DNA of 64,000 nucleotides from Patescibacteria group bacterium (GTDB lineage: Bacteria; Patescibacteriota; JABMPQ01; JAQVVF01): assembly GCA_028699085.1 (NCBI GenBank), contig JAQVVF010000002.1, positions 68,557-132,556 on the forward strand, read 5' to 3'. Positions 10,722-20,105 of the stretch are shown piece after piece. The translations under genes were made by a program, and so were the position numbers. Every line of letters starts with the position of its first letter. The first letter of the stretch is position 1. The notes under the pieces were generated by a model. That model saw only the letters and a program-made list of their open reading frames with translations, was not told the origin of the DNA and ran no database searches.

Positions 10722-11474
10722 TTATCTTACATCAAAAGGCAGAGTTAAAGGCTCTGAAAATGGCACTGTCACTTCTTCCAATAAGTATCTTTCAGCAATT
10801 CCTACATTAGATTCACATGCTCCCCCATTGGGCGTAAATGAAGCAATGGAAACAGATTGCTTTTGATTTCCATTTTTAACAAAATACCTATCTCCAAACA
10901 CTCTAAGAACTCTAAAATCATCAAGTGGACCATCTGTAATAAAAGCACTTCCTGTGCAATTTGCATCACTGAAATAGACTGTCAAAGAAGAATTTAAGTC
11001 AGCATCAATGTATAAAAATTTCTTCAACGACGGAATATAAATATCAAAAGTCCTTACACCAACATTATTATAAAATCTTAAACTAGCATCTACCAGTATT
11101 CCTAAATCTTGATTATTTGCATCATAAACATGCAATTGCATTCCAGGAACACCCTGTTCACCACGATCTCCTTTTTCTCCCCTTTCGCCTTGGATGCCTT
11201 TAATACCTTGCTCACCTTTATCACCCTTTTCACCTTGAGGTCCCTGATCTCCTTTTACTCCTTGTGGTCCTGTTGGCCCAACGACTGATTTGCTTCCTGC
11301 TTTTAATTTTGCGACATCAACACTTAAAGTATTTACTTTTTTCTTCAAATTTTTTACTAATGTCCAAATTGAAACTTTATTAGCAGCCTGAACAATTGTT
11401 ACACCAGATAATAAAAATAATACAAGAGATACCGCAACAATCGCAACTAAAAACTTTTTGTTTGATTCTTGCAT
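10722..11474 (-). CDS. Membrane-anchored collagen-like triple-helix repeat protein
   Basis: N-terminal TM segment, then 15 uninterrupted G-X-Y triplets (GPTGPQGVKGDQG...GEQGVPG), ~140 aa Cys-containing C-terminal domain. Confidence 0.7.
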   Translation of the reverse strand: MQESNKKFLVAIVAVSLVLFLLSGVTIVQAANKVSIWTLVKNLKKKVNTLSVDVAKLKAGSKSVVGPTGPQGVKGDQGPQGEKGDKGEQGIKGIQGERGEKGDRGEQGVPGMQLHVYDANNQDLGILVDASLRFYNNVGVRTFDIYIPSLKKFLYIDADLNSSLTVYFSDANCTGSAFITDGPLDDFRVLRVFGDRYFVKNGNQKQSVSIASFTPNGGACESNVGIAERYLLEEVTVPFSEPLTLPFDVR

Positions 11475-11577
11475 ATTTTTTTATAATTAAATTCTATCGT
11501 TCTTATTATAATATAAATTATTTTTTTTGCAAGCTTCTTTCTGCTTTATAACTTTAAAAACTTTACAACTTTACAAA

Positions 11578-11608
11578 CTAAAACCTCCGTTTACTACGGA
11601 GGTTTTTT
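11578..11608. terminator. Bidirectional rho-independent terminator
   Basis: A-run, CCTCCGT-ttact-ACGGAGG, T6 run. Confidence 0.6.
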
Positions 11609-11629
11609 ATTTATAGACTTCCTAAAATC

Positions 11630-12052
11630 TTATTGCTTTGGTGCAGCTGGAGCAGATGGAGCAGCAGGATTTGATCCACCCTTCATTGTTCCAACATTTT
11701 TTTTCTTAACCATGAAATAATATAAGATTGATGCTAACCAAGACCATCCAACAAAGAATGTGATGATCAAAACAGCCAACCATACGCCTCTATTTGGAAA
11801 TTCTCTTTTGATACAATCAACTAACATCATAATCCAGAATACCAAGAAAAATAGACCGATCAGTCCACCAATAATTGCGATGATAATTCCAAAGATACCC
11901 ATTCCCATTCCTAATCCTGCCAATGCTTCTGCATCGCTTTCGTTCAATGTTGTAGTAGTTGTATAATTAAAATCTAAATCATTTTGCGCAAAGGCAAAAT
12001 TTGCTCCCAATGTAAGTACGCATACTGTAAGAAAAGCAAAAATTTTCTTCAT
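11630..12052 (-). CDS. Small secreted/membrane protein with PLDc_N-like (cardiolipin synthase N-terminal) domain
   Basis: Signal peptide then WIMMLVDCIKREFPNRGVWLAVLIITFFVGWSWLASILYYFMVKKK, resembling the PLDc_N motif. Confidence 0.5.
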   Translation of the reverse strand: MKKIFAFLTVCVLTLGANFAFAQNDLDFNYTTTTTLNESDAEALAGLGMGMGIFGIIIAIIGGLIGLFFLVFWIMMLVDCIKREFPNRGVWLAVLIITFFVGWSWLASILYYFMVKKKNVGTMKGGSNPAAPSAPAAPKQ

Positions 12053-12169
12053 AATTTTTTTATTAATTAATTATTGTTTTGTTTTAAATAATTCTTATTG
12101 ACAGTCGACCTGCATCTGTCTACTTATCTGTAATATATCATCTTAAAAAAAACATGCAAGATTAATAAT

Positions 12170-12205
12170 ACACAGGACAAAAAAATATGCGAGCAAGTCG
12201 CATAT
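12170..12205 (-). terminator. Terminator-like hairpin downstream of rpsG
   Basis: ATATGCGA-gcaag-TCGCATAT palindrome followed by T-run on minus strand. Confidence 0.45.
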
Positions 12206-12249
12206 TTGTGTTTTAGTAGTCTTAAAAAATTAGTAAAATTCGTAACTGA

Positions 12250-12720
12250 TTATCTTGCAAAGTGAGCAAAAGCTTTATTTGCTCTTGCCATTCTATGGGA
12301 ATCTTCTTTCTTTCTAACAGCTGATCCTTGATTCTTTGCCGCATCAATTATTTCTGTAGCTAATCTGATTGACATTGGCTGACCTTTTTTAGCTTTTGCA
12401 GCCTCAATAATCCATCTGAAGGCTAAAGTTTGTTTTCGATCGCCTCTTACTTCATAAGGGATCTGATAATTAGCGCCACCGATTCTTCTACCTTTTATTT
12501 CCAAATCTGGAGCTACATTTTTTAAAGCTAAATCAAAAATTTCAATTGGATCTTTTTTTAGTTTTGTAGAAATAAAACCTAATGTATTATAAATTGTTTT
12601 TCTAGCTGCGCCTTTCTTACCTCTTTCCATAATACTGTTGATAAATTTGGATACAACTAAATTACCATATTTTGGATCTGGTTTTAATTCTCTTTTATAT
12701 TGTCTTTTTCTTCTTGCCAT
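12250..12720 (-). CDS. rpsG: 30S ribosomal protein S7
   Basis: MARRKRQYKRELKPDPKYGN... S7. Confidence 0.95.
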   Translation of the reverse strand: MARRKRQYKRELKPDPKYGNLVVSKFINSIMERGKKGAARKTIYNTLGFISTKLKKDPIEIFDLALKNVAPDLEIKGRRIGGANYQIPYEVRGDRKQTLAFRWIIEAAKAKKGQPMSIRLATEIIDAAKNQGSAVRKKEDSHRMARANKAFAHFAR

Positions 12721-12828
12721 AAATGATTAAATTCTCAATTTACAATTCTCAATTTTCAAATTATCTAATCCAGCTTTGGAAATTGATTATTGAAAATTTA
12801 TTGTAAATTGATCATTGAAAATTAGTAA

Positions 12829-13272
12829 TTATTTTGTTTCAGCCTTCTTCTTTCCGGAAGCTGATTTCTTCGCGCCATATTTGCTTCTTTGTTGCATTCT
12901 ACCTTCAACACCAGCAGTATCTAAAATACCTCGAACAATATGATATTTTACACCAGGCAAATCCTTAACTCTTCCGCCACGAACAACAACGATTGAGTGC
13001 TCTTGCAAATTATGTCCTTCACCAGGAATATAAGCAGTTACTTCCATTCCGTTTGTTAATCTAACTCTAGCGATTTTTCTCAAAGCAGAGTTTGGTTTCT
13101 TTGGAGTAGTTGTTGTAACTTTTGTGCAAACACCTCTTTTGAAAGGATTGCCTTCTTCTAAAACAACATATCGTTTTTTAATCTTATTAAAATCCCTCTG
13201 CAATGCAGGTGCTTTAGATTTTCTTTTTCCAGATTTTCTTCTTCTCTTAACTAATTGATTTATTGTCGGCAT
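12829..13272 (-). CDS. rpsL: 30S ribosomal protein S12, with ~13 aa internal insertion and short C-terminal tail
   Basis: MPTINQLV... start at internal Met of the track ORF; [20 protein letters not shown] motifs. Confidence 0.92.
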   Translation of the reverse strand: MPTINQLVKRRRKSGKRKSKAPALQRDFNKIKKRYVVLEEGNPFKRGVCTKVTTTTPKKPNSALRKIARVRLTNGMEVTAYIPGEGHNLQEHSIVVVRGGRVKDLPGVKYHIVRGILDTAGVEGRMQQRSKYGAKKSASGKKKAETK

Positions 13273-13348
13273 ATATAATAATTTTTTATGATAAACAAAT
13301 ATTATCAAATAATAATTTGATTGTCAACAGTTATTAATAGTTTCTAGA

Positions 13349-13975
13349 CTATGCTAAAAACTTATCTATTATTCCAATCACCCAATAGAAATATCTAGAA
13401 AATAAACTGCCACCAATTAACAACAATCCGATCAAAACAAAAAAACCATACTTGTCTAAAAACATTTTGACATTTTCTGCAGAAGGAGGAAGCAAGGCAA
13501 ATAACAATTTTGATCCATCCAAAGGCGGAACTGGAATAACATTAAATGATAGTAACAAAGCATTGATCAATATGAATGTATACAAAAAATCAAACAAGGC
13601 ATTTCCTTCACCTAATCCTGTCAAAGGATAAACAAATTTCAATAACAAAACAAAAATAACAACCAAAATCAAATTAGAAAATGGTCCAGCCAAGGCAACA
13701 ATTGCCGGCCCGATCCTTTGATTCTTAAGATTATATGGATTAAATGGTACTGGTTTGCCCCAACCAAATCCAACAAAAAGCATCAACAATGTTCCCCATA
13801 TATCCATGTGCTTTAGAGGATTCAAAGTCAGCCTTCCTTGATTTTTTGCTGTTGGATCTCCTAATAATGTCCCTGCTAAAGCATGTGAAAATTCATGGAT
13901 CGTAATAGCAAAAATCATTGAAACTGCCCAAGCAAAAAACATTATTGGATTAGTTAAAAGCAATGAAATTATCAT
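13349..13975 (-). CDS. Site-2 protease / peptidase M50 family membrane metalloprotease
   Basis: HEFSHA (HExxH) in TM helix, multiple TM segments. Confidence 0.7.
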   Translation of the reverse strand: MIISLLLTNPIMFFAWAVSMIFAITIHEFSHALAGTLLGDPTAKNQGRLTLNPLKHMDIWGTLLMLFVGFGWGKPVPFNPYNLKNQRIGPAIVALAGPFSNLILVVIFVLLLKFVYPLTGLGEGNALFDFLYTFILINALLLSFNVIPVPPLDGSKLLFALLPPSAENVKMFLDKYGFFVLIGLLLIGGSLFSRYFYWVIGIIDKFLA

Positions 13976-14055
13976 ATTTTAGTAATTAATTAGAATTATC
14001 GGCAACTAGTAATTTAGTTATTTTGTTATTTATAATTTTGTTATTCGAAATTCGC

Positions 14056-14084
14056 TTGTCAAAACAATAATACTCTGTTATTAT
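14056..14084 (+). promoter_or_regulatory. Putative promoter for rpmB (TTGTCA-17-TATTAT)
   Basis: TTGTCA 14056-14061, 17-nt spacer, TATTAT 14079-14084. Confidence 0.35.
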
Positions 14085-14119
14085 TACAAATACAAATTAA
14101 CTTTAATTATCTAAATCAT

Positions 14120-14293
14120 ATGGCAAAACGTTGTGATATCTGCAAACGCGGACCAAGAAAATCAGTTTCACGTTCTCATTCTAACATCGCCAATAAAAGA
14201 AGGCAATATTTAAATTTGCAAAAAATTGAGTATAAAGGCGAAAGTTTGAAGGCCTGCACAAAATGCATTAAAACACTATATAGAACAAAGTAA
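14120..14293 (+). CDS. rpmB: 50S ribosomal protein L28 (57 aa; absent from ORF track because it is shorter than 60 aa)
   Basis: MAKRCDICKRGPRKSVSRSHSNIANKRRQYLNLQKIEYKGESLKACTKCIKTLYRTK: L28 pattern with VSxSHxxxxRR and NLQ. Confidence 0.8.
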   Translation: MAKRCDICKRGPRKSVSRSHSNIANKRRQYLNLQKIEYKGESLKACTKCIKTLYRTK

Positions 14294-14302
14294 TAAGACA
14301 AC

Positions 14303-16228
14303 ATGACAAAAACAAAAATAAAAACTAAACCAAAAACAAAGACAATGATTTCCATTGCCTTACTCGCATTTATAATTTCCGGCTTAGGTCTCGCTGCCGG
14401 AATTTTTTATAATGTAAATTATCCAAAATCAAAATGCAAAAATGCGTTTAAGATTGTCAAATCAAGCAAATGCCAAGGATCATACAAAAAATATACTGTT
14501 GTATCTTTTTGTTCAAAAAATAAAACAGTCCAAAAATTAGCAATAAAAAAATTAAAGAAAAATAAAAAGTGCTATAAATCTTATAAAATTATTAAGAAAA
14601 AAGCCTGCAAATCTTACTACAACAAAACAATTAAATTGTACTGCCCAAAACAAACTGAAAATAACATTAATCAAAATATTAATCAGCCAAACGAATCAAA
14701 TAATAGCACTAATTCACCAATAGGCGAGAATGCCAGCTTGAATCAAAATGAATCAACAGATAACACAGATGACAATGTATCAATTGACGATCCGATTGAT
14801 GAAGAATTCGAAGATATCGAAGATGAGTTGCCAGCAGAACCTATTACAGATTTAGAAGATAATTTAGCTGACATTAATCTAATCAACAAACCAGGATGGC
14901 CAAAAAATAAAAATCATGACAATGAAAAAATCCAATCCATTATTGCTGCAAATATCGACAATCAAGGATCAAAAGAAATAATCAACCAATCTCTAATTGA
15001 TGGCTATAGCACCTTAAGACTTTATGCTTGGCAAAATAATGGACAGCTCTTTAATAATAATTGGCCGATAGAAATTACCAATTGTCCAGCAGGCTGTGTT
15101 CCAAATCAACAAATCATTTCACATAATTTTAAAGCTGTAAATTTTCAAAATAGAGTCTCCAACTTTGCAACTCCTATTTCCATTGGAAAAAGCAATGAAA
15201 TAATTACTAGTATCTATAAAGCCGGACCTCCAGGTTTTTGGTTTCATGATTTATTCAGTTTCAATAAAGACGGACAGAATAATTCCTTCTGGCCAAAAAC
15301 AAAAGAAAAAAATACTACAAATCTAATTATCTCCAACTTAGAAAACAATCAAAATACAAATGTTCTTTTTGGCAGTTCCAATAATACCTACATTCTCAAT
15401 AATCAAGGTGCTGATATTTTTAATAATCTTTCTAATAAAAAAAGTTTTGCACTAACTATTGATGATTCAATTCAAGCTAATCCTAAATTAATTTCATTAG
15501 GCTTTGACTCTGGATCTCCTACATTGCAAATATATGATACAGCTGGAAACAATTTACCAAGTTTTCCTAAACAATTACCTGAACTAAAATCATACTCATC
15601 TTCTCCTTCTTTGACTCTTTCTGATCTCAATAACGACGGATCAAGAGAAATAATTATTCTTGGCGAACATACTCAAGATGGCCTATATTTAAATGCAATC
15701 CAAAATAACGGAAATTCTTTATCTGGATTTCCAATTCAGATTTCTGCTAACCTTACTTCAGATAGCGGTTTAAAAATTTCTAGTGCTGACATTGATCAAG
15801 ACAACAACAATGAAATAGTTTTATTTTTTAGAAATACTGATGAAAACATTATTACTTTTAAAATAATCAATTACAATGCTACGGTCTCGCTCACTAGCCA
15901 ATTGCCTGGAAACAAATTTAGCGAGCCTTTGCTAGCAAATCTAAACAACGATAATAATTTAGAGATTGTCACCACAATCGACAACTCACTATACATTATT
16001 GATACCGCTGAATTAGCTTTTAGAAAAATTGATGCAGCAGGCGATGATCCAAACGAATTTGGCTATTTTCCAACTGTGTTCTTAACTGATTTAGATAATA
16101 ATAATCGCATTGATTTTGTTTCCAACATTGGCAACAAAACAAATGCTTGGGAATTAAATTTCTCAACTAATAACATGCCTTGGCCAATGCCAGATCAAAA
16201 CAATCAGCGCACCAGAATCGCACCATAA
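14303..16228 (+). CDS. Large surface protein: N-terminal TM anchor, Lys/Cys-periodic region, Asn/acidic linker, FG-GAP-like Ca-binding repeats
   Basis: Repeats DLNNDGSREIIIL, ADIDQDNNNEIVLF, ANLNNDNNLEIVTT, TDLDNNNRIDFVSN (DxNxDGxxE/D-like). Confidence 0.6.
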   Translation: MTKTKIKTKPKTKTMISIALLAFIISGLGLAAGIFYNVNYPKSKCKNAFKIVKSSKCQGSYKKYTVVSFCSKNKTVQKLAIKKLKKNKKCYKSYKIIKKKACKSYYNKTIKLYCPKQTENNINQNINQPNESNNSTNSPIGENASLNQNESTDNTDDNVSIDDPIDEEFEDIEDELPAEPITDLEDNLADINLINKPGWPKNKNHDNEKIQSIIAANIDNQGSKEIINQSLIDGYSTLRLYAWQNNGQLFNNNWPIEITNCPAGCVPNQQIISHNFKAVNFQNRVSNFATPISIGKSNEIITSIYKAGPPGFWFHDLFSFNKDGQNNSFWPKTKEKNTTNLIISNLENNQNTNVLFGSSNNTYILNNQGADIFNNLSNKKSFALTIDDSIQANPKLISLGFDSGSPTLQIYDTAGNNLPSFPKQLPELKSYSSSPSLTLSDLNNDGSREIIILGEHTQDGLYLNAIQNNGNSLSGFPIQISANLTSDSGLKISSADIDQDNNNEIVLFFRNTDENIITFKIINYNATVSLTSQLPGNKFSEPLLANLNNDNNLEIVTTIDNSLYIIDTAELAFRKIDAAGDDPNEFGYFPTVFLTDLDNNNRIDFVSNIGNKTNAWELNFSTNNMPWPMPDQNNQRTRIAP

Positions 16229-16240
16229 AAATTTAAAAAC

Positions 16241-16270
16241 ATAAGAATATAAAAACGAGACCAACAAGTC
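16241..16270 (+). terminator. Rho-independent terminator
   Basis: CGAGAC-caacaa-GTCTCG then T7. Confidence 0.65.
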
Positions 16271-16359
16271 TCGTTTTTTTACTTTTTTGATAATTCAATA
16301 ATTAAGCAATCTAGCAATAAAACAATGAAACGATTTATCATTTAACCAGTCTAACTAAT

Positions 16360-16626
16360 TTATTTTTTATCTTTCTTAAACAATCGAACTAAGAATACAG
16401 CACCAATTACCATCAACAAAGTTAAAAAACCAGCATAAATAAATTTCGCCCAAATATTATCTCTTTGCGGAAAAATATAATCAATAAATGACTTAATCGC
16501 ATCATTCCATGCTAAACCAACAATCAAACCGAAAGCAGCAGCAATATAACCGCTCACTTTCTTCAATGCTTCATCTCTTAATTTTATACTCTGCTCTTTA
16601 ATTTTATTTAAAGCCATTTTTACCAT
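16360..16626 (-). CDS. Small two-TM membrane protein (hypothetical)
   Basis: 88 aa, two hydrophobic helices, Lys-rich C-terminus. Confidence 0.4.
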   Translation of the reverse strand: MVKMALNKIKEQSIKLRDEALKKVSGYIAAAFGLIVGLAWNDAIKSFIDYIFPQRDNIWAKFIYAGFLTLLMVIGAVFLVRLFKKDKK

Positions 16627-16711
16627 ATTTTAATATGCTAATTAATCAATCAAACAAACTAGCATATTTTCGAAATAAAATCAATCTTTAACAATTTAAC
16701 AATAAAAATTT

Positions 16712-16984
16712 TTATTTCTTTCCTTCCCAATAAGCATCTCCTTCTTCTTCCATTTTTTCTAATCTATCATAATAATCAGGAAATTCATTCAAATGTGCTA
16801 GAGCAATTTTTCCAGTCATTACAGGATCATCATTAGTCACATTAGTATGCATATCAACAGTTCCATGCTCTAATTCGACATCTAGACCTCTTCGAAATTG
16901 ATCGACGTCAAATTTTGTCCAATCAATTCCCAATTTTTCACCAATTTGCTTAGTTTCTTCTACTGTAAAATTTTGTTTTGACAT
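16712..16984 (-). CDS. Hypothetical acidic 90-aa protein
   Basis: ORF with charged composition; VELEHG motif; no family recognised. Confidence 0.35.
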   Translation of the reverse strand: MSKQNFTVEETKQIGEKLGIDWTKFDVDQFRRGLDVELEHGTVDMHTNVTNDDPVMTGKIALAHLNEFPDYYDRLEKMEEEGDAYWEGKK

Positions 16985-17206
16985 ATTGTTTAATTAATAT
17001 TTTTATGTTTTTTTATTCTTATATAATCTCTTTCTCTTTTTAATTTTAAAGGAGGAGCAACTCTCAGCCTATGTGATGTTCGATAGGCTACCTTTCCATG
17101 ATGAGTTTTGCTAGAAGCGTAATTTTTCATAAATTTATTTTAACACAAAACCCTGTTATAATATAGTAGTAATAATAACTATTAATCTATATTTAATAAA
17201 TATTTT

Positions 17207-18034
17207 ATGAAAAGATTTTTACTCGCCATCACTTCAACGCTTTTTTTACCAACTCTTGGTTTAGCTTTTTTGTTTCTCAATATCACCCACACCATGCTCT
17301 CGCCAAATATTTACAAAAAAGCTTTGACTGATGCCAATGCTTATGAACGTTTATCAAAAATTAATATCAATCAATTATTGTCTATTTTTTCCAAAAACAA
17401 AAATTTAGATATAATGCAAAAAGTCAAAATTAAAGTTTCCAAAGAAACATTGCAAAAAACAGTTGAGCCAACTATCGATTTCTTTTTTGTTGATGTTTTA
17501 AGAAATGGCAAAAAAACAATTATCATTGATTTATCTGATTTTCAAAAAGATTTTTTAGGCCAATATAATATTCCTATTTATCTTTTTCCAGAAGGAATTA
17601 TTCCGCAAAATTATTCTATTCCCATTCCTGGAACAATCTTGCTATTTCAACCATTTATTGCCATCTTGCCAATTCTAACTTATTTATTTTTTGCACTCTC
17701 TTTCTTTTATTTATTTTTAATAATTCTTTTCAAAAAAAATAATCGCGGAAAATTAAGATTGCCAGCCTATCTTATTTTTAGCTTAGGATTAACTTATCTA
17801 ATTATTTATTTTGTTGCTTGGTTTTTAGATCCATCCAAATATATCTCATTAGGATCGCAAAATTTTGCCCAGATTGCTCTAGATGTTTTAAATAATCTAA
17901 AAGTTGTTTTTATCAGACCTTATTTAATTGAAGGCATCATTTTAATAAGCATCAGTATAATTGCATTTATTATTTCTTTTTTTATTCCTCAAGAAAAAAA
18001 TAAATTAATTTTGCCCAACAAACCAATCAAATAG
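17207..18034 (+). CDS. Hypothetical membrane protein
   Basis: 275 aa with N-terminal signal-like segment and 3-4 C-terminal TM helices. Confidence 0.45.
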   Translation: MKRFLLAITSTLFLPTLGLAFLFLNITHTMLSPNIYKKALTDANAYERLSKININQLLSIFSKNKNLDIMQKVKIKVSKETLQKTVEPTIDFFFVDVLRNGKKTIIIDLSDFQKDFLGQYNIPIYLFPEGIIPQNYSIPIPGTILLFQPFIAILPILTYLFFALSFFYLFLIILFKKNNRGKLRLPAYLIFSLGLTYLIIYFVAWFLDPSKYISLGSQNFAQIALDVLNNLKVVFIRPYLIEGIILISISIIAFIISFFIPQEKNKLILPNKPIK

Positions 18035-18042
18035 TTTGAAAC

Positions 18043-18075
18043 AAAAAACGGATCTTTCCAGAATCCGTTTTTTTA
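18043..18075. terminator. Bidirectional terminator between convergent genes
   Basis: A6-CGGAT-ctttccaga-ATCCG-T7. Confidence 0.6.
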
Positions 18076-18096
18076 TTTAAAATAATCCTTTTAATA

Positions 18097-18879
18097 TTAC
18101 ATCGGCCTCAATGTTCCAGAAAAAATTTGCCAAGCCAAAGCTGATTTTGCAATCAAACTTAATAGAATATAAATTGATTCGCCATACAAATAATTTTTCC
18201 AAGGCCCAACTTTCCTATACTGCAAAAACATATTTAAAGCAAAGATATCAAAAAACACAAATATCGAAATCAAAATTCCATAAACAAATTTTGGAATTAC
18301 ATCACCAACGGAAGAAACTGCTCCAGCAAAATAAAGATAAATCACAATCCATGGCACGATTCCCATAATGCAACCAAAAACAAAAGCAGTCCAATTGATC
18401 TTCGTCGTCAATTGATTATATTTTTCCATCATTAGCCCAAATAAAATCATTGCCGAATTAACAGTAAACATTAATATCAAGCTTGATAAGTCATACATAC
18501 CGCATAGCATTGAAATAATCACAATCATTAATGAAGAAGAAATAGCATATTCATACCATCTGATATAATTGATGTGCTTTTTTAAATTTCTTTCATAGAA
18601 TTTAAATAATACTGTTGCAGTCAAAAAATGAGCTAATGCTGAAAGAAATAAGAACATCGCTACCATCGGACCAATTCTCAATTCTGCAACTTCCTTTATA
18701 ACTGTTGTTATTGCTTTTGTTGCCAAATCAAAACTCAAATAAGATGTCGTGATTGGCAATTTAAAATCATTGCTCAACCACAACATTAAGCAAGCTTGAA
18801 TCAAATGGAAAAAACCCATCACTGCATTATAAATCCGCAGCTTGCGATAAGTTTTTTCAGAACCTGTTTTTGTTGTCAT
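18097..18879 (-). CDS. Heliorhodopsin-like 7TM retinal-binding protein
   Basis: 7 predicted TM helices, basic cytoplasmic N-terminus, RWYEYAISSS in TM3, LSLIAKSALAWQIFSG in TM7 with central Lys. Confidence 0.7.
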   Translation of the reverse strand: MTTKTGSEKTYRKLRIYNAVMGFFHLIQACLMLWLSNDFKLPITTSYLSFDLATKAITTVIKEVAELRIGPMVAMFLFLSALAHFLTATVLFKFYERNLKKHINYIRWYEYAISSSLMIVIISMLCGMYDLSSLILMFTVNSAMILFGLMMEKYNQLTTKINWTAFVFGCIMGIVPWIVIYLYFAGAVSSVGDVIPKFVYGILISIFVFFDIFALNMFLQYRKVGPWKNYLYGESIYILLSLIAKSALAWQIFSGTLRPM

Positions 18880-18930
18880 TTTTATTTTTAAATTATTTTA
18901 TAAAGAAGCAATTTATGTATCTCTATTCTT

Positions 18931-19098
18931 ATTTGCAATTTTCTTTTGGCATTTCCATATTTGGGTTGCCATGCTTCACCCACTTACCTTTTTCACAAAC
19001 CCAAGAATCTTCTGGAGTAGAAAATCTTAATATTAAAACAATTCCAATTCCTAAAATAATTATTGCCCCAATAATAATTAAAAGTGTTTTTTTCATTA
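18931..19098 (-). CDS. Small (55 aa) signal-anchored protein, not in ORF track
   Basis: MKKTLLIIIGAIIILGIGIVLILRF... then CEKGKWVKHGNP...NCK; sits between TerC-like gene and heliorhodopsin on the same strand. Confidence 0.3.
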
Positions 19099-19105
19099 AT
19101 TATCA

Positions 19106-20038
19106 TTAAACTTTAATAAGCTTTTCTTGTTTACCATGCCTGTAAGACAAATATAAAAAGAAAACTAAAAGCGAAATTGTAGATACCGGAGCAATCCAGA
19201 ATGGGAATTCTTTGCCAAAAGATTCTAGAATCATAATTGCGCCAAGAACTCCAATCGAATACATTGCGCCATTTTTTAAATAAGCAAATTTTGCAATCAC
19301 ATCTATTCCTTTGATTGTAAGCTCTCTAACTACAAGCGCGCCCAAACCATTACCAATCAAAATCAAAGGCACATAAATAGTAAAAGCAAAAGCACCAATT
19401 ACACCATCAATAGAAAAAGAAGCATCTAATACTTCTAAATAAAATATCTTGCTCCATGCGCCAACACTGCTTGATTTCAGCAATGTTTTGCCTTTTTCTT
19501 CGGCATTTTTCTTCAAACCATCAGTAATAAAAAAGGCAGTTGCGCCGATTGAAGTCGATAATGCCATTGCCGGATTTCCAGCGCTAACAGACAATCCAAT
19601 CATTACTGTAAAAAATACTGAGGCAATTGCATAAAACCAAACTCCTTGATGAAATATAATATGTTCAACTAAAAAAGCATATTTCTTTTTTTCCAGAAAT
19701 AGCCAAGACAAAGCAACAAACAGCAAATAAATTCCACCACCAGATAATAATAATGGCTTTGATTCTTCCAACGCATCTTTTATAGCTGGATCATTTGAAA
19801 AAGCAAATGTTATAACTTCAAAAAATCCTAGATCAGTATTAGCTAGCCAAACAATCAAAAAAGGCAAGATACCTCTAACCAAAAATACTGCAATCAACAA
19901 TCCCCAAAACAAAAATATTTTCCGAAATCTTTTCGGTAAAGTTTGTAAAACATGAGCATTAACAATTGCATTATCAACACTTGAAATGATTTCAAAAACA
20001 CACAAACCTAAAACAATAACTAGATCTTGTAATAACAT
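19106..20038 (-). CDS. TerC/DUF475-like integral membrane protein
   Basis: Duplicated SSVDNAIVNAHVL and SFSIDGVIGAFAF motifs in TM helices; ~8 TM. Confidence 0.5.
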   Translation of the reverse strand: MLLQDLVIVLGLCVFEIISSVDNAIVNAHVLQTLPKRFRKIFLFWGLLIAVFLVRGILPFLIVWLANTDLGFFEVITFAFSNDPAIKDALEESKPLLLSGGGIYLLFVALSWLFLEKKKYAFLVEHIIFHQGVWFYAIASVFFTVMIGLSVSAGNPAMALSTSIGATAFFITDGLKKNAEEKGKTLLKSSSVGAWSKIFYLEVLDASFSIDGVIGAFAFTIYVPLILIGNGLGALVVRELTIKGIDVIAKFAYLKNGAMYSIGVLGAIMILESFGKEFPFWIAPVSTISLLVFFLYLSYRHGKQEKLIKV

Positions 20039-20105
20039 TCTTAAGTATTAAAAAAGTAATATTAATATATTATGATATTTTTTTGATTTTTGCTAGTTAA
20101 AAATA

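Noticed and set aside
16990-17130. 46-aa highly basic minus-strand ORF (MKNYASSKTHHGKVAYRTSHRL...) ending 5 nt before the 16712-16984 gene
   Set aside because: No RBS. No resemblance to any small ribosomal protein I could match (L34, L35, L36, S21, L32 checked by eye). Cannot be supported from sequence alone.
18870-19109. 79-aa plus-strand ORF
   Set aside because: Low-complexity hydrophobic translation. The opposite strand encodes a more plausible 55-aa signal-anchored protein in an operon context.
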